This document shows, in pieces, positions 34,816 through 44,129 of a stretch of 64,000 nt of DNA (the stretch's first letter is position 1; the number at the start of each line of letters is the position of its first letter). Position numbers and translations under genes: made by a program. The notes under the pieces were generated by a model that was not told the DNA's origin, did no database searches, and was given only the letters and a program-made list of their open reading frames with translations. The stretch is from the sequence record JX560968, one strand, 5' to 3'. Source of the stretch: Escherichia phage EC6.

Positions 34816-35863
34816 ATGGAGAAGTACACATTAAAAAAACCTTCCCGATTCAGTTACACATGTTTTTATCGACTCTGACAGTATTGCCTATAAAGGGGCT
34901 TGTGTAGTTGAGAAAGCAAAATATAAATACGTCAATAAACTCACAGCAGAAGAGTCTGAACCATTTGATAATGCAAAAGATGCTGCAAGATGGTTAGCAG
35001 ACCAGAGAATCCTTGTGGAAGAGCTTGGCCTAGCATTTGATGAAGATGAATGGGAAAGACAGACTTGGAAAGAAGCTAAGAGTGAAAAAGAAGCTATCAT
35101 GGCTACTCAACAGGTGCTTCAGGAATGGCTTAAGGTTGTTGGTAAAGAAAGAACTTGGGTAGGTTATTTAACAGAGAAAGGTGTGCATAAACATAAAGAC
35201 ATTAAAGGTCTTGAGCACCAATATCAAGGTAACCGCAAAGATGCTGTCACACCAACACACTTAGTTGCTTGTCGTGAATATCTTCTGTCAAGACCAGAGT
35301 TCAAACTAATTCTTGATGGATTTGAAGCTGACTCTATCGTGATTGCTAAAGCTGAAAAGATGGGTAAAAAGGCTGCCTTAATGAGTATTGATAAAGACCT
35401 TCGACAAGCTGAAGGTACTTACTGTATTGATATGACTTATGAAAAGTCGCCTTTGATTTTCATTGCTGATAACAACGTTGGTGAAATTTGGGATTGTCCA
35501 ATAAAATCGACACCAAAAGCTAAGAAGACAGTTGGGGTAGGTTTTAAATTTCTTTGCTATCAAGCCGTGGCTGGTGATAATGCGGATAATTATTTCGGTT
35601 TAAAGGGTGTTGGTAAGGTTACTATAATGAAAGCCCTTGAAGGTAAAACCACTTACAAAGAGTGTCTTGATGCAATTTATGAGCTTTATGCTAAGAAAGA
35701 GTCATACACTTATGTCTCGTGGGATGGTCAAACAATTACCAGAACACCTTTAGAGTTAATGCAGCAACACTTTTTCTTAGCTTATCAGGAAAGAAACAAG
35801 AAAGATGATTTCACTTTTGATAAGTATGGGTGGACACCAAATGTTAACTCAACAAACTCTTAA
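34816..35863 (+). CDS. 5'-3' exonuclease / flap endonuclease (RNase H-like), reading frame interrupted at A7 run 34833-34839
   Basis: ATG 34816 gives MEKYTLKK then stop; +1 frame continues ...VFIDSDSIAYKGAC (FEN N-terminal motif) into track ORF 35015..35863 with H3TH motif AGDNADNYFGLKGVGKVT. Confidence 0.6.
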
Positions 35864-36332
35864 AGAATACCTACACTATGACCCCGAAACAGGGGTCTTT
35901 ACTTGGATTAAGAAGTCTGCTAAGCACACAAAAATTGGTTCTGTTGCAGGTACAAACTTAAAAGGTTACATCCGAATTTACTTGTTTGGTAAAGGGTACT
36001 ATGCGCATTCATTAGCTGTCCTATATATGGATGGTTATCTTCCTGAGTGTGTTGACCACAAGAACCATGTAACTCTAGACAATCGTTGGTTAAATCTGAG
36101 GGCATGTACACTATCAGAGAACCAATGCAATAGGTTGCTTAACAAAAACAATAAATCCGGTGTCAAAGGTGTGTACTACAACAAGAGGTATGGTAAGTGG
36201 TCTACACAGATAACTTTTCAGAAGAGAGTTTACTTCTTCGGCAACTATGACACGATTGAGGAAGCAGCAGAAGTTGTGAATAGAGAACGTCAACGTTTAC
36301 ACAAAGAGTTTGCTAATAAAGGTGATGAATGA
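35841..36332 (+). CDS. free-standing HNH homing endonuclease with AP2 DNA-binding domain
   Basis: HNH core VDHKNHVTLDNRWLNLRACTLSENQCN; AP2-like SGVKGVYYNKRYGKWSTQITFQKRVYFFGNYDTIEEAA. Confidence 0.6.
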   Translation: MLTQQTLKEYLHYDPETGVFTWIKKSAKHTKIGSVAGTNLKGYIRIYLFGKGYYAHSLAVLYMDGYLPECVDHKNHVTLDNRWLNLRACTLSENQCNRLLNKNNKSGVKGVYYNKRYGKWSTQITFQKRVYFFGNYDTIEEAAEVVNRERQRLHKEFANKGDE

Positions 36333-36830
36333 GAAAAATTAAAGGTTTTGGTAATTGCCCTGAGTATGGACATTGGATTTCACTTTGTGGGGAAATTGAC
36401 CCAGCAAAGCATTTTGGTTTTGTCTACCTAGTGTACTGCAAAAAGACTGGGCAGTACTATTTGGGTAAGAAACAGTTTAACAGTGTGACCAAAAGAAAAG
36501 TTGCTGGGAAGACTCGGAAGAAGGTAGTCACTAAGGAGAGTGATTGGATGACTTATGAGACTTCTTCTGAGTATATTAAAAAACGATATTGAGAGCTTTG
36601 GAAAAGAATTTTTTGACTTTTACATTATTCAAACCTACTACACAAAAGGTGGCCTAGTCTATGGTGAAGCAAACCTTCAACATAAATTCGATGTAATGAC
36701 AAAAAGGATTGACTCTAAGCTCAGACTCTTCTACAATGCCAACATTGCAGCAATTAAGTTTATCACTAAAGAAACTTATGAAGATGCTGAAAAAAGAATC
36801 CATAAGGTAATGAAAGCAAATTGTGCTTGA
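36329..36830 (+). CDS. GIY-YIG-like endonuclease, two overlapping ORFs (36329..36592 and 36555..36830) separated by a frame change at A6 run 36578-36583
   Basis: N-terminal GFVYLVYCKKTGQYYLGKK resembles GIY-(10)-YIG motif; second ORF continues in +1 frame. Confidence 0.35.
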
Positions 36831-36851
36831 TAACTATTGAGAGAGAATAAA

Positions 36852-37100
36852 ATGTTTAACAAAAGTAAAGCTGTGAGTCATGTAGCAAAGGTTGACAGCA
36901 AGATTGAAGAACTTGAGCGCATCCTTGCAAATGCCAGAGAGTCAATAATTAAAGAAGTTGAAGCTGTTGAATCTCAAATGCAGCACCTAATGCTTAAACG
37001 CCAAGAGCTACGTGAGCATCTAGAATATATTGAAACACGAGAGCTAAAAGTTAACAGATATTTTAAGGAGTCCGAATGTTTAACTCAAGAGAATCAGTAA
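36852..37100 (+). CDS. hypothetical coiled-coil protein
   Basis: 82 aa from ATG 36852. Confidence 0.3.
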   Translation: MFNKSKAVSHVAKVDSKIEELERILANARESIIKEVEAVESQMQHLMLKRQELREHLEYIETRELKVNRYFKESECLTQENQ

Positions 37101-37831
37101 AAAACTGGAACCTTCGTTGTGGAAACACTCAAAAGCAACCTTACAGTAATGAGTATTGGGAATCTTTAAAATCTCAATCTCTGTGTATGCTTGAAGAAGC
37201 AAAAGAGCTTGTAAAAGCAATTGAAGAGAAAGACCCCATTGAGACACTGGATGCTCAGGCAGATTTGCAATATGTTCTTGACGGTCTGATTTATCTGTCA
37301 CAGCATGACCATAATGGTGCTATGAAAGCTGTTTGCCATAATAATGACCTGAAGTACACAGATGACTATGAAGAAGCTTTAAAACGTCTTGCAGATATTG
37401 AGAAGCGTACTGGTCAAGAGTGTATTATCAGAATGTCAGTGGTTGATGGTAAAGAGTGGTATGCGATTGTCCGTGCAGCCGATGGGAAGATTATGAAGCA
37501 ATCAAATCTCCCTAAAGTACAGCTTGGTGAATACATTGTAGAGCTTGAAAGCCAAGAACTTTTTGTGGTAGTATCTGATACATGCGTTATCTGCAAAGGT
37601 ATTGTAGGTAGCTTAAAGGATTTGGGTGTAGATGGTTTTGTAGAAGTTAATCCAATTACCTCTAAAGCAGATAAAGATTTCTGTAAAGAGAATGGACTAT
37701 GGATTGCAGATATTGTCTACTACGATGGTGAGCAGTTCCATGTAACCTCATACCCGAAACTGAATTATGATGCTAATAACCTGAAGTGCTGGTTAAAAGG
37801 GGTTGGTTATAATGGATTCACAGAACATTAA
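37076..37831 (+). CDS. MazG-like nucleotide pyrophosphohydrolase (putative)
   Basis: EEAKELVKAIEE...LDAQADLQYVLDGL matches the all-alpha NTP-PPase EExxE...D pattern. Confidence 0.35.
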   Translation: MFNSRESVKNWNLRCGNTQKQPYSNEYWESLKSQSLCMLEEAKELVKAIEEKDPIETLDAQADLQYVLDGLIYLSQHDHNGAMKAVCHNNDLKYTDDYEEALKRLADIEKRTGQECIIRMSVVDGKEWYAIVRAADGKIMKQSNLPKVQLGEYIVELESQELFVVVSDTCVICKGIVGSLKDLGVDGFVEVNPITSKADKDFCKENGLWIADIVYYDGEQFHVTSYPKLNYDANNLKCWLKGVGYNGFTEH

Positions 37832-38135
37832 TAAAGAAGGTGTGGCTCAGAAGAGCCACTTCTCAAACTATAATATTTCTATGACGGTGTTTATGTATGA
37901 CCCGTTACTTGAGAAGTATGGTGAGACTCCAGATACACTTCTGGATAATGAACAAGTTTTAAAAGCAGTCCTGTACAAATATGGGATTGATATTGAGAAA
38001 GAGTATTCCTTTGAAATCTGCCAACACAGAAATACTTTTGGTAAGGTTGTGATGGCTCCACTCTTTATGGGTGTAGAAAGGACTGACTACGGTTGGTTAT
38101 ATCTAAAAAGAAACTTGGAGAAATACCGTGTCTAA
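37803..38135 (+). CDS. hypothetical protein
   Basis: 110-aa ORF. Confidence 0.3.
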   Translation: MVIMDSQNINKEGVAQKSHFSNYNISMTVFMYDPLLEKYGETPDTLLDNEQVLKAVLYKYGIDIEKEYSFEICQHRNTFGKVVMAPLFMGVERTDYGWLYLKRNLEKYRV

Positions 38136-38463
38136 AGTAAAAAAGCTATCTTATGATGACATTATCTCAGGTGCTAAGTTAGGTGTTGATAGTATAGGAC
38201 AAGATATCAAGCACGGAGACACAGTTATGTACTGTGATGACCGAAGAGGAAGAAGTGCAATCTTGTTTGGAAGAATTGTTTGCAAGATACGAGGCAATTA
38301 CGTTGTTGCAGACATGTGTGAGAACACTACACAAGAGCTTGAAGCAATTATGAATGGCAACACATCATCGTGGTTCCTGGATTGTATGCACACTTCTTCA
38401 GTCACAAAAGTAAGTGATAAGTTTTACGATATGTGGCAGAATGAGCAAATTTTCAAGATTTAA
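38128..38463 (+). CDS. hypothetical protein
   Basis: 111-aa ORF. Confidence 0.3.
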   Translation: MSKVKKLSYDDIISGAKLGVDSIGQDIKHGDTVMYCDDRRGRSAILFGRIVCKIRGNYVVADMCENTTQELEAIMNGNTSSWFLDCMHTSSVTKVSDKFYDMWQNEQIFKI

Positions 38464-38469
38464 ACTAGG

Positions 38470-38492
38470 GAGCCTCTTCGGAGGCTCTTTTC
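38470..38492 (+). terminator. rho-independent terminator with UUCG tetraloop
   Basis: GAGCCTC-TTCG-GAGGCTC then TTTT. Confidence 0.6.
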
Positions 38493-38509
38493 ACCTGTAG
38501 GATTTAAAA

Positions 38510-40744
38510 ATGATTAAGACAATTAAAAAATCAAACGGTACAGTAGTAAGCTTTGACCCAGAAAGACTGAATAAGTGGGCATCATGGGCAGATAAGCGTG
38601 GTATTATTTGGTCAGAAGTCACTATGGAAGCCATGAAACGTGTCTATGAAGGTTGCACTACAAAAGAGATGCACCAAGCTATGATTGATGTTTGTGTTGA
38701 TAAACAAACTCAAGAGTACTCAGACATGGCTGGACGGCTACTTCTAGGGATTATCTACAAAGAAGCCTTTGGAGGCTTTACTAAGGTTCCTACGCTGGTT
38801 ACCTTCGTTAAAAATATGGAGAGAGCAGGACTTTGGGAGAAGATGGACTATTCTCAGGAAGAGCTTGAATACCTGCAAGGATACATTGTGCACTCAAAAG
38901 ATATCTCTTATGGTTATGCAGTCCTGAAACAGTTCAGAGATAAATATGGAATCCGTGATATTAAAACGGGAAGACTTTTTGAGTCACCACAATTTATGTT
39001 TATGGGTATGGCTATGAAAGCCTTTGAGAAGCAACCAAAGCACCGTAGACTACAAGATGTTATTAAGCTGTACACTTACCTATCTGACCTGAAGATTAAT
39101 GCTCCTACGCCTTATCTGAATGGTTTAAGAGCTACTAAATCAGGTTATGCGTCATGCTGTTTGATTAAAGCGAATGATACTGCTGAATCTCTAGGTATTG
39201 CCGCAAAGGTTGCCTATGACATGACCACAAAGCAAGCTGGTATTGGTATGCTGATGGAGACTCGCACTATTGGTGATGGTATCCGTCAAAATACTATTGA
39301 GCATATGGGTAAACTGCCTTATTACAAGCTTGTACGTTCATCTGTAGAGGCAAACAAACAGAAGAGCCGTGGTGGTTCAGCTAACAACTTCTACACTGCT
39401 CTAGACCCGCAGATTGAAGATTTACTGCGTTTGAAGCACCCTACAACGGTTCCTTCTAAACGTATTAATGAGATGGACTACTCATTCGGTACAAATGATT
39501 ATTTCTGGCAGTGTGTTCAATATGATACAGACTGGTTGCTATTCTCTTACAAGGATGCACCAAAGCTCTATGACATGTTCTACACAGCATCTGCTGATGA
39601 GTTTGCTATGGCAGTTGGTCACGCAGTACATTCAGGTGTTAAGCACAGACGGGTGAAGGCTCGTGAAATTGCTAAACTGTTTATCCAGCAGCGTTATGCA
39701 ACAGGCCGTGTGTACCCATTCTTTACGAATAATGCAAACACACATACACCATTTAAAGAACCTTTGAAGATGTCAAATCTTTGTATGGAAATTGTGTTGC
39801 CAGTGTACGGCTTTGAGAAAGAGACAGACCTTTACAGAGACGCTGCTGTGAAAGAGGATGGTGAGGTAGCTCTTTGCTTCCTAGCTAGTTTGGTTGCAGG
39901 GAGAATTTCAGAAGATGAATACGCTGACGTTGCTTATTATGCTCTTGCAATGGTTGACTCCGTTATTGACCTTATGGATTATCCGTATCCGTCGATGCGC
40001 AACCATGTTCAGAAGCGTCGTTCTGTTGGTATTGGCCTTACAAATGTGGCTCATTACCTTGCAAAAAACTACGTGAACTACTCTTCAAGAGCAGGTAAGA
40101 CGAAGCTTCATGAGCTTGCTGAAATGCACTCTTACTACTTACACGAAGCTTCTTTAAGGCTTGCTAAAGAACGTGGTGTGCCTGAGTATATGCAGTTCAC
40201 TAAGTATCCTGAAGGTTGGGTTCCTCCGAAGACAGCTAACAGGAAGATTGATGAGAAGCATGATGCAAAACTAAGATATGATTGGGATGACTTAGCACAA
40301 CGTATTAAAGAAAATGGTGGAATCCGCAACTCTGTATTAGAAGCTTACATGCCTAATGAGAGTTCTTCACTGGCAACTAATACGACAAACGGCTTGTACC
40401 CAATTCGTGACTTTATTTTAACTAAAAAGTCTGCAACTGGTAACGTGCTGTTTATTGTTCCAGATTATGAAGAGTTGAAGTATGTCTATGAAATTGCTTG
40501 GGGTATTGACACCTTTGACCTGATTGATTGTTATGCAATTGTTCAAAAGTTCACTGGTCAAGCTATCTCTTCAGATTTCTATGTTGACTACGCAAAAGCT
40601 AAGAAGGTATCATTGGCTCAAGCTTTGAAGTACATGATTTATGCCAACTCAGTAGGTATGAAAACCATGTACTACCTTAACAGTCGCATCGGTGTAGGTA
40701 AATCTGCACTGCAAGATGCTTATTGCGAGGGTTGTGGTGTTTAG
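38510..40744 (+). CDS. nrdA: ribonucleotide reductase class Ia large subunit
   Basis: 744 aa; N-terminal ATP-cone; active-site SNLCMEI; C-terminal Cys pair. Confidence 0.85.
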   Translation: MIKTIKKSNGTVVSFDPERLNKWASWADKRGIIWSEVTMEAMKRVYEGCTTKEMHQAMIDVCVDKQTQEYSDMAGRLLLGIIYKEAFGGFTKVPTLVTFVKNMERAGLWEKMDYSQEELEYLQGYIVHSKDISYGYAVLKQFRDKYGIRDIKTGRLFESPQFMFMGMAMKAFEKQPKHRRLQDVIKLYTYLSDLKINAPTPYLNGLRATKSGYASCCLIKANDTAESLGIAAKVAYDMTTKQAGIGMLMETRTIGDGIRQNTIEHMGKLPYYKLVRSSVEANKQKSRGGSANNFYTALDPQIEDLLRLKHPTTVPSKRINEMDYSFGTNDYFWQCVQYDTDWLLFSYKDAPKLYDMFYTASADEFAMAVGHAVHSGVKHRRVKAREIAKLFIQQRYATGRVYPFFTNNANTHTPFKEPLKMSNLCMEIVLPVYGFEKETDLYRDAAVKEDGEVALCFLASLVAGRISEDEYADVAYYALAMVDSVIDLMDYPYPSMRNHVQKRRSVGIGLTNVAHYLAKNYVNYSSRAGKTKLHELAEMHSYYLHEASLRLAKERGVPEYMQFTKYPEGWVPPKTANRKIDEKHDAKLRYDWDDLAQRIKENGGIRNSVLEAYMPNESSSLATNTTNGLYPIRDFILTKKSATGNVLFIVPDYEELKYVYEIAWGIDTFDLIDCYAIVQKFTGQAISSDFYVDYAKAKKVSLAQALKYMIYANSVGMKTMYYLNSRIGVGKSALQDAYCEGCGV

Positions 40745-40799
40745 TTTTAACAACTATGAGGGTCGTAAAAGACCCTCTAAAAATAACTTTGGAGAGACC

Positions 40800-41057
40800 A
40801 TGAAAGATTTAATAGAAAAACATGAGCGACCTATATACTTGCTCCATAAGCCTCGGAAAACGATGTACTATGTGAGTAGCACAGACATGATGATAAAACA
40901 AAATGATGACTCATGGGTTGCTGGTATCTCTTACATCTCTACAGCAGATGGTAAAATCTACGCAAGACCTTATGAGATGTTTAACAAAGAAAACTGGGAA
41001 GTTTTAGACAGAAAACAAGCCTTAGAAATGATAAAGAAAGGAGAAATCACGCTATGA
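40800..41057 (+). CDS. hypothetical protein
   Basis: ATG 40800 with GGAGAGACC RBS; preceded by GAGGGTC-GTAAAA-GACCCTC hairpin. Confidence 0.3.
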   Translation: MKDLIEKHERPIYLLHKPRKTMYYVSSTDMMIKQNDDSWVAGISYISTADGKIYARPYEMFNKENWEVLDRKQALEMIKKGEITL

Positions 41058-42127
41058 TTAACCAGCACCCAATCTTTTTAGGTGGTGAGAGAAAAACTTT
41101 TGACTCACTTAATAAACACTACCCAAAAATCTTTGAGCTTTATAAGCAACAAAAAGCACAAGACTGGTCAGAAGATGAGTTCCCTTTTGAACAATCACGT
41201 CTTGATTTTGAGAGTGTCCCAGCATCAATGTCAGGTGTAATGCTTGAGATTCTTAAGTGGCAATGGGAAGCAGATACCCAAGTTGCTAAGAGCTTGGCAT
41301 TCGCCTTTGCACCATTCATCTCTGATGACATCTATGCAACTGCAATTATGAAGCAGTCTGAGATTGAAAACCTACATGCTCTTACTTACTCAGAGATTGT
41401 AAGGCAATGTATTAAAAATCCTGAAACAATCTTAGATGAGATTAACCAGAATGTTGCTGTGCAAGACCGATTAAAAACTGTGAATCGTGTTCTTGAAGAA
41501 TTACTGGATGAAGGTATAAACTATCGTCTGAGTTATGTGCGTGATTCACTTCTGGACAAAGACCCTTTACACTTCCATAAAGTGATTCTGAAAGGGCTGT
41601 TTGCAGTGACTGCGCTTGAAGGTATATCTTTTATGGCATCCTTTGCATGTACTTTTGCACTTGATGCTCAAGATAAATTTCAGGGTATTGCTCAAGCTGT
41701 CCAGAAAATTATGCTTGACGAAATCCTTCACACTAAAATTGATATTGAAGTTTTAAAAGAAACTTTAAGAGATGATGAGTGGCAGAAAGCTTTTCAACAA
41801 ATTCTTCCAGAGATTAAAGTAATCTTAGATGAAGTAGTTGAAAGTGAAGAGAAATGGTCGTATTATATCTTCTCCGAAGGACGTGCTGTAGTTGGTTTAA
41901 ATACAAAGCTTCTTCATGAGTGGGTTTACTATAATGCTGCCCCACTGTATGATATGTTTGGCATTCAAAGAGACTTTGTAGCTCCTAAAGAACCACCTTT
42001 GAAGTACATGATTAAGAAGATGGAAATTGATAAAGAGCAGAATGCTAATCAGGAGCAACAGAACGGTGCGTACCTATTGAATACTGTTGTAGATGACTTA
42101 AATAGTGGATTTTTAGAGGTTCCTTAA
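41054..42127 (+). CDS. nrdB: ribonucleotide reductase class Ia small subunit
   Basis: 357 aa; ferritin-like motifs incl. VTALEGISFMASFA; directly after nrdA. Confidence 0.75.
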   Translation: MINQHPIFLGGERKTFDSLNKHYPKIFELYKQQKAQDWSEDEFPFEQSRLDFESVPASMSGVMLEILKWQWEADTQVAKSLAFAFAPFISDDIYATAIMKQSEIENLHALTYSEIVRQCIKNPETILDEINQNVAVQDRLKTVNRVLEELLDEGINYRLSYVRDSLLDKDPLHFHKVILKGLFAVTALEGISFMASFACTFALDAQDKFQGIAQAVQKIMLDEILHTKIDIEVLKETLRDDEWQKAFQQILPEIKVILDEVVESEEKWSYYIFSEGRAVVGLNTKLLHEWVYYNAAPLYDMFGIQRDFVAPKEPPLKYMIKKMEIDKEQNANQEQQNGAYLLNTVVDDLNSGFLEVP

Positions 42128-42369
42128 TGACTTATGTAATTTACTCCAAAACTGGATGCCCTCAGTGTGAGACTGCAAAGAATTTTGCAAAAGCTCGTGG
42201 TATTGACCATGTTGTGAGAATGTTAGGGCAGGACTATGAACTATCAGACCTGATTGATATTGCACAGATGCCAGTTCGTCAGATGCCATTCATCATGAAA
42301 ACTGATGGTCAAAATCTAAAACCTGTTGGGACGCTACAGAATTTTATGGCAGAGGTGAATAATGCTTAA
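42127..42369 (+). CDS. glutaredoxin/thioredoxin-like redoxin (NrdC/NrdH-like)
   Basis: 80 aa, N-terminal CPQC active-site motif; adjacent to nrdAB. Confidence 0.55.
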   Translation: MTYVIYSKTGCPQCETAKNFAKARGIDHVVRMLGQDYELSDLIDIAQMPVRQMPFIMKTDGQNLKPVGTLQNFMAEVNNA

Positions 42370-42568
42370 ACGCCTTTGGGAAGGTTTGGTTATTGATGCA
42401 CCAGTTATTGTAATTGGTATGCTTATTGCTAACCTATTTACTGACTTTAAACAAGGTTTGTTGTTTGGAGTCATGTTACTATGGGTTATATTTGAAATTC
42501 TAGAGATACATCTGGGCATCACTGAAAAACTAAGAGAACTCTTTTCTAAGTTTTCTAAAAAGATTTAA
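42362..42568 (+). CDS. small membrane protein
   Basis: 68 aa, two hydrophobic segments. Confidence 0.3.
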   Translation: MLKRLWEGLVIDAPVIVIGMLIANLFTDFKQGLLFGVMLLWVIFEILEIHLGITEKLRELFSKFSKKI

Positions 42569-42575
42569 AATGAAA

Positions 42576-42597
42576 GGGTCTCTTCGGAGACCTTTTT
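42576..42597 (+). terminator. rho-independent terminator with UUCG tetraloop
   Basis: GGGTCTC-TTCG-GAGACC then TTTTT. Confidence 0.6.
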
Positions 42598-42616
42598 AGC
42601 ATGTAAAGGGGCAATA

Positions 42617-43813
42617 ATGAACAAAGTACAAATTATTAAAAAGAATGGCTCACTTGAAGAACCGGATATCAAAAAAGTTTTAGCAGCAGTCACAAAGTCG
42701 GCTAATAGGGTTGGTTATAAAGAGCTTCCACCAGATGTTACTCAAGCTCTTGAGTCAGCATTTATGAGGATTCTGGTAAAATCTACTAAACAGAATAATT
42801 TGCTAATCTCGGTAAATGATATCCACAGTATTGTTGAGGGTGCTTTGGCAGAAGTCAATCATGAGATTTATGAGTCTTACTCAACATATAGAAATTACCG
42901 TAAAGAGGTTGCTCAAAATTGGGATGAGCTTTACCAAAAGACTAAAGACACACTCTTCTTAGGTGACCGTGAAAACGCTAACTTTGACAGTAGTTTAATT
43001 TCTACAAAAGGTTCAATTATTCGTGGTTACCTGACTAAAGAAATCTTTAAACAGTACCATTTAACACCAGAGGAACTTGAAGCCATTGAAAAAGGGTTTA
43101 TCTATATTCATGATTTAAGAGACCTGATTTTTGGTGGTATCAACTGTTGCCTGTTTGACATTGGTAAAGTGCTGAAAGGTGGCTTTGAAATGTCTGGCAT
43201 TGAATACTGTGAACCAAAGTCTGTACTGTCAGCTTTACAGGTTATTGGTGATGTAGTTCTTTCAGCAACTGCACAGCAATTTGGTGGCTTTACTTTAGCA
43301 GAGATTGATAAGGTACTTGTACCGTATGCTAAGAAGTCTCTACGTTACCATGCTGAAAAAGCAACAGCTTATGGTATTCCTAAAGAACATTACCACAACT
43401 ATGTCATGGAGCAGCTACAGATTGAATTAACTCAAGGTTTTCAGTCTCTTGAAATGAAGCTCAATACCGTACCTTGTAGCCGTGGTGATTTTGCATTCAC
43501 AACTTTAACATTTGGTTTACTTGACCCAGACATGTCTAATGAAGACAACCGATTACAATACATGATTGCAAGTACCCTCCTAGATGTTCGTATGAATGGA
43601 CAAGGTAAGAGCAAGAAGCCTGTTGTATTTCCTAAACTGGTTTATATTTATGACCAGAAGAGACACGATGAGAATATCTGTCAAGGACACCTGTACAGTA
43701 AAGCCATTGAGTGTTGCTCTAAAGCAATGTATCCAGATTTCTTAAGTGTATCTGGTCATGGTGCTGTAGCAGAGGCTTTTGAGCGTTCTGGTAAGGTTAT
43801 TTCACCGATGGGT
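42617..43813 (+). CDS. nrdD: anaerobic ribonucleoside-triphosphate reductase, exon 1
   Basis: N-terminal ATP-cone (IIKKNGSLEEPDIKKV); ORF ends ...ISPMG where intron begins with UAA. Confidence 0.75.
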
Positions 43814-44129
43814 TAACAAGCTCTATAGCTCATCTAAAACGTGCCTAAACAGGGAAACTCTACAGATGTAGACAATCCTGTGCTAAATGATGTATGATGT
43901 AAGAAACTATACAACATAGGAGTCTTACATGCCAAATAACTTCGAATATGAGTTTGAATACATCTAAATGCCGAACGACTAACCGTGATGAATGTAGCGG
44001 TGTAGGGTCAAGCGACTCGAAATGGTACGCTACTTAGAAATAAGTAGAAGATATAGTCTGGACTTACTGGCGACAGTAAGCAGCTTGAATAAAGCGGGGT
44101 AAGCTTAGCGAACTTACCTGAACAACAAG
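43814..44129 (+). mobile_element. ORF-less group I intron (about 316 nt) in nrdD
   Basis: Starts UAACAAGCUC right after exon AUGGGU (P1 with intron GCUCAU at 43828-43833); core resembles T4 td-type introns (CUAAACAGGGAAACUCUACAGAUGUAGACAAUCCUGUGCUAAAU; GUAGGGUCAAGCGACUCGAAA; GAUAUAGUCUGG); ends ...CUGAACAACAAG; exon 2 resumes in frame. Confidence 0.7.

Noticed and set aside
40753-40772. GAGGGTC-GTAAAA-GACCCTC hairpin after nrdA considered as a terminator
   Set aside because: Followed by an A-rich rather than U-rich tract on the coding strand; more likely an RNA processing or stability element
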